Of a DNA stretch of 64,000 bases, positions 61,101 to 64,000 are shown in pieces. Within the stretch, counting starts at the first letter, position 1. Each line of letters begins with the position of its first letter. The notes beneath the pieces were generated by a model, which made no database searches, was not told where the DNA came from, and saw only the letters and a program-made list of their open reading frames with translations. Position numbers and translations under genes: made by a program. Origin of the DNA: Clostridia bacterium (GTDB lineage Bacteria; Bacillota; Clostridia; Christensenellales; UBA1242); the NCBI GenBank assembly GCA_045655005.1, contig JAZOOJ010000019.1, positions 5,416 to 69,415 on the forward strand, read 5' to 3'.

Positions 61101-64000
61101 TCAGAAATTGATTACTGAAGATGGAATCACGGAAAGGCTTACAGTCATTCAAGGTTTAATTAAAGGGTGGACAGATGCAACCCCAGCTGGTTTTGGTCGA
61201 ACAGCAAAATCAGAATGGACAACAAAAATTACTGAGGCAGAAACTGAAAGAGATGCCACAGTATCACCAACACCAACCAAAACTTATACAGATGCAGATG
61301 TTCAAAATAAATTGCAAGAGCTTGAAAATGCTTGTAAAGAAGAACATAATGCAATGCAGAAAGTACAAAACAAGTCATCAGACAGGACTTCAACCGATTA
61401 TTCTGACGCAAAAACAGAAAGAGATGCGGCTGTTCAAAAGATTAACACTATCATTAGCGAACTTAGAACGATGAATGCCACATTTAGTCCTGAAAGAGAT
61501 GATATTAAAAATGCTATTGCGGAAGCAGAGAAGAAAGCTTCAAACTTGGTTGAAATTGAAAATGTGGCTCCGTTCAGAGAGTCTGAGTTTAAGCAAGCAG
61601 TTGTGGACAGAACTACTACACTTCAAGACAAAATGAGGGATCTTGAAAATGGTAAAGATCCAGGCTCGGGATTGCCAATAAAAAGATCTCATGAAAGTTA
61701 TACTGCTGATGAAATTAAAGCACTAACGGGAATAAAAGTAAGATTAGAGGCTGTGAAGTCTGAATATGAAAAACGTGCCGACAAAGAACAAAAGGTTGTT
61801 GATACTGCGCAACAAACCATTGAAAAAGCACAGCAAGTAATTGACCAATACAACGCTTCACATACAACAACTTATGAGTATGCCGGCAAGACTTATACAG
61901 AAGGTGAGATTAAACAATTAATTGCTGAGAAAAAACAAGAACTTGACAGGCAGTTGATTGTTGAGGAAGGTGCGTTTTATATACTTAGCACACAAAAAGA
62001 AATAGGCATTACTAATCCTGAATACATTAACAATGCGATAACGGCCAGAAAAAATGCATGTACAAAGATAGAACGACTTGCTGATGAATTGGAAAAAATT
62101 AATTCTGTGTATCCTGACAGCGAAATACCAGACAAGGTTGCAAAGGCAAGAGCACAAGCATCACCACATGTTGAAATTGAAAATGTACCGCTATTCAGAG
62201 AGGCTGAACTTGAAAGGGTTATACAAGATAATAAAAGGGCATTACTTGGTGCTCTGCAAGAAGAAGAAGCTTGTTTAGTAGAATTAACTGGACTTATAAA
62301 CAAAGGTGGTAAGAAGGCTGAGGGAAGCCAAGAATATATAGATGCAAAGAATAACAGACAACAATGTTGCGATGAAATAAAGAAGTTGGCTGATGCATTG
62401 GATGCACTGGATGCAAAACGCAAAACACCAGAAGTTGATTTGAAAAAAGATATTACCGATCCTGCAAGGGCAAGAGCAAGCGCACTTATTGAATGGGATG
62501 TTGTAAGAGTTGCAAATGCAGATGGTAAAAAGACCGCCAGGTTGATGTATCCGTGTAGAGAAAGTGAACTATCTGAGAACTTGAACCTTTACAAAAATAG
62601 CGTAACAAACGAAATTAAAAATGTAAAAACAGCAAATGAAGACGAAAAAAGTGATAAACTTCTTGTATTAAAGTATAAAAGTGCAATGCTTGAACAACTT
62701 TACAATGAAAAAATTAATAGAGCAACTGATAAAGATTCTGAGAGAGAAAGTCTTAAAGAATATTTGGAAGTAATTGAAAAGGCAAAGCAATTCATTAAAG
62801 ACAATGAAATAGTAGTTGTCAGCGAAAGTGCAAATCCAGAGCCTCCGGTTGAACAAGAACAAGAAGATCATGCTGGGGACGATGAAGATGAGGAATCTGA
62901 TGAAAGAAGAGTTGCCGAAGAAGAAGCAATGTGGGAAGCACATGGTTCAAATATTGTGCCACAACCAACTGAAGAGGAAATTGCTGCAAATTTAGAGGAA
63001 GGATTTAACCTTATTGAGGAAGAACGTCAAAGGGCGGAAGATGAAGAAGAAAGGCTTGATGATGAATATTATTCAGCACTTGAAGCGGAATTGAATGAAG
63101 AGACTGATGATGCTGAGCATGACGATGATTATTATGGCGAAGACGATAATGAAGCGTTAGATGCTCACGAAGGCGAGAAGGATAGACATAGCAAAAGAAG
63201 AAAAGACACAATATACGCAGGACAAAGAGACGCAAAAAATGCTCCATTCGTTGAAGCAAAGAGAAAAGCTAAGAAATTAGAAGCCGAACGTAGATATGAG
63301 GATATACTTGCAAGACAACAGGCCGAAGCGGAACAAAGAGAAATCGCTAACGCAGAAAGGGCTAATGCACAAGCCGAGGCACTTGCTGAAAGTGAAAGAC
63401 AAAAAGCCGAGGCTGAAAGAATTGCTGAGCAACAAAGACAAGAAGCAGAAGCAAAAGCTTTGGCTGATAAACAACAACAAGCAGACGCAAAACTTGAAGC
63501 GGAAATTATGGCGAAAGATAGGCTTCGTGAAATTGAAGATAGGGCTAAAACTTTGGCTGAATATGTCGATGAGGCAAGAAGTGTTTATACCGTTGAAAAT
63601 GCGACAGATTATTTAACAATACAAGCAGAAATTGAAGACTTAAAAGCTATGCATGGAATTGCTTATGATAAAGAGACTGGAAGACTTGTTTCAAACGGTG
63701 GAAGAGATTATGAAGACCGTGAAGAAGCACAAGAGAAAATCCGAAGAAAAACTCAAATTTTAAGGGATAGGGCGTTTGAAAAACAGAAAGAAAACAGAAG
63801 TGAGATTCTTGCACTTATTAATGAAGAAGCACAAAGACTACTTGTTCTTCTAAAAGAACAACAAGCATACGCAAAGGAAAATGGTGATGAAGATTTCTCT
63901 TGGACAGAGTATCCGCTTGATGTGTTAAAAGACGTTCAAGAAGAGTTAAAGAGAGATGTTGAAGCAGAAGCAAGAGCTGGTGTTGAACAAGAGAGAAAAG
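58147..64000 (+). CDS. Giant membrane-anchored, predominantly helical repeat protein (more than 1,950 aa, 3' end outside the window)
   Basis: ATG 58147 has AGGAG at 58134-58138. My hand translation of + frame 1 is uninterrupted to nt 63999. This ORF is absent from the ORF track because it has no stop in the window. Every listed + ORF in this span is in frame 2, and the minus-strand ORFs are low-complexity shadows. Confidence 0.85.
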   Translation, partial: MATYYFDGNVGSLTEFKRLYDFLHQYNLYMKEHPTATINDVRNNLRYPGLGSALYGATKVNDEIANIKRLTGGVMPTLADEQDFLDQFKTFAENKKNAVETERTDANEAFTDPSRGIGGKSLEDIELDAEDAKTELRDCRWGRSGIWAGILTAAVLVAGAVLLPGAAFLAGGALAVPAFAGNAVALGALGGGGFLAHRASKKLNKRIEDAKKARKLYRRHEKRIDNAKTRQTDAENDFNNFNRHFRGFETVDSLYNTKVNQDIADIGARLHAIESTLQTELNGCVPDNSRMGYAEAVRVRAQAQAELRNVQTAITNYNNLRSSSSLDLTLYMTEMTNAITAETAFNGHNLTPAVSFLDRAEAQQRAVITATNAVEAKFNAEKPVLSGLTLGGIERSEARDAFNDLKDAVDFVEGVFAGFTTTMSNDAIFRDNATFKRDYEDEAKETYFQYRVTYSQAWQKFTESVAVAARINSNVGSANGLTTAEKNDYDRVARDLAGYNTQIATMNTDATRRDECERYVVGAEIKAGLIRAYSELQKARAAGDVTKITDIEAEIVHIKALETAYANPGADIVAIRNTLVTYMATIETLLAGRFVVLPSGERVLESNYDSRIGELVRDLDPLVERSKQLGDDMENRRGVYSDKVRERSIAKTDIRNTLADIQALINAKRSIVSSYDEYRTERDAANIELATVDPAEKKYTIDSVNYYTEMDFIALRSSKSTELLNKAREEAASFNSIQTEFPNGAPDTTDPDYTTKISRYNQLVNERNTKASELATLATELETINNAFGSAKDPGIDTRVSAAKARATNLVQIPGVKVFRESDINAEMQTIREALVGPPGSVDGVLKQAQDLYTDMQTATGTEYTDKLAERRDKFIEMGRGINILNALVAEKQRIDSSYSYSGSEEEKAIQAMQAEYAKGMPAEKTSEPTVKVGSVEYTQTQLEAEIQKQLGELDGIVADAKTSRTATLPTKTDPAEYTTEYNRRQKLITEDGITERLTVIQGLIKGWTDATPAGFGRTAKSEWTTKITEAETERDATVSPTPTKTYTDADVQNKLQELENACKEEHNAMQKVQNKSSDRTSTDYSDAKTERDAAVQKINTIISELRTMNATFSPERDDIKNAIAEAEKKASNLVEIENVAPFRESEFKQAVVDRTTTLQDKMRDLENGKDPGSGLPIKRSHESYTADEIKALTGIKVRLEAVKSEYEKRADKEQKVVDTAQQTIEKAQQVIDQYNASHTTTYEYAGKTYTEGEIKQLIAEKKQELDRQLIVEEGAFYILSTQKEIGITNPEYINNAITARKNACTKIERLADELEKINSVYPDSEIPDKVAKARAQASPHVEIENVPLFREAELERVIQDNKRALLGALQEEEACLVELTGLINKGGKKAEGSQEYIDAKNNRQQCCDEIKKLADALDALDAKRKTPEVDLKKDITDPARARASALIEWDVVRVANADGKKTARLMYPCRESELSENLNLYKNSVTNEIKNVKTANEDEKSDKLLVLKYKSAMLEQLYNEKINRATDKDSERESLKEYLEVIEKAKQFIKDNEIVVVSESANPEPPVEQEQEDHAGDDEDEESDERRVAEEEAMWEAHGSNIVPQPTEEEIAANLEEGFNLIEEERQRAEDEEERLDDEYYSALEAELNEETDDAEHDDDYYGEDDNEALDAHEGEKDRHSKRRKDTIYAGQRDAKNAPFVEAKRKAKKLEAERRYEDILARQQAEAEQREIANAERANAQAEALAESERQKAEAERIAEQQRQEAEAKALADKQQQADAKLEAEIMAKDRLREIEDRAKTLAEYVDEARSVYTVENATDYLTIQAEIEDLKAMHGIAYDKETGRLVSNGGRDYEDREEAQEKIRRKTQILRDRAFEKQKENRSEILALINEEAQRLLVLLKEQQAYAKENGDEDFSWTEYPLDVLKDVQEELKRDVEAEARAGVEQERK
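61549..61587 (+). repeat. Intragenic repeat copy A (encodes VEIENVAPFRESE)
   Basis: gttgaaattgaaaatgtggctccgttcagagagtctgag matches copy B at 32 of 39 positions by hand alignment. Confidence 0.8.
62170..62208 (+). repeat. Intragenic repeat copy B (encodes VEIENVPLFREAE)
   Basis: gttgaaattgaaaatgtaccgctattcagagaggctgaa is in the same frame as copy A, 621 nt downstream. Confidence 0.8.

Noticed and set aside
59187-63480. Several 60-150 aa minus-strand and frame-2 plus-strand ORFs (e.g. 59900-60247, 61977-62423, 63296-63616)
   Set aside because: All lie inside the continuous frame-1 giant ORF and have biased, repetitive compositions typical of off-frame readings of an E/K/A/Q-rich gene.
58147-64000. 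Phage tape-measure protein or conjugative-element polyvalent protein
   Set aside because: No phage or conjugation genes lie nearby. The gene follows secA in a housekeeping context and has an N-terminal (not internal) hydrophobic block. A homology search is still needed to exclude this.
1-64000. CRISPR arrays, rRNA genes, long intergenic direct repeats
   Set aside because: Intergenic regions are short (mostly under 250 nt). None shows regularly spaced direct repeats or rRNA-like sequence. The only repeats seen are intragenic.

Overview
This is a low-GC Bacillota chromosome segment. I infer a Clostridia-like endospore former from yqfD, yabP-yabQ-divIC, spoIIE, veg, DUF1540 and addBA. It is densely coding and mostly housekeeping: ybeY-era-yqzL-recO, ppdK, tilS, glpK, rpmG-secE-nusG-rplKAJL, rplI, addBA, hup, dus, pgk-tpiA, secG, comFC-secA and one tRNA-Asn. 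All family calls come from motifs and synteny recalled from memory, and nothing was searched. Accessory content includes a singleton BRO-N gene, a run of envelope and surface proteins at 32.1-39.7 kb, and an orphan HExxH protein near the tRNA. The most interesting part is the last 9 kb (54.9-64.0 kb). It holds a 610-aa internally repeated protein behind a palindrome-laden promoter. This is followed by a two-gene operon encoding a 378-aa Gly/Ala-zipper membrane-hairpin protein and a paralogous giant protein. The giant protein's ORF starts at 58147 and is still open after more than 1,950 codons at the window edge. The supplied ORF track misses this ORF because it has no in-window stop. The track also misses rpmG, a yqzL-like gene and the 5'-truncated first gene. 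I saw no CRISPR array, rRNA, IS element or prophage.
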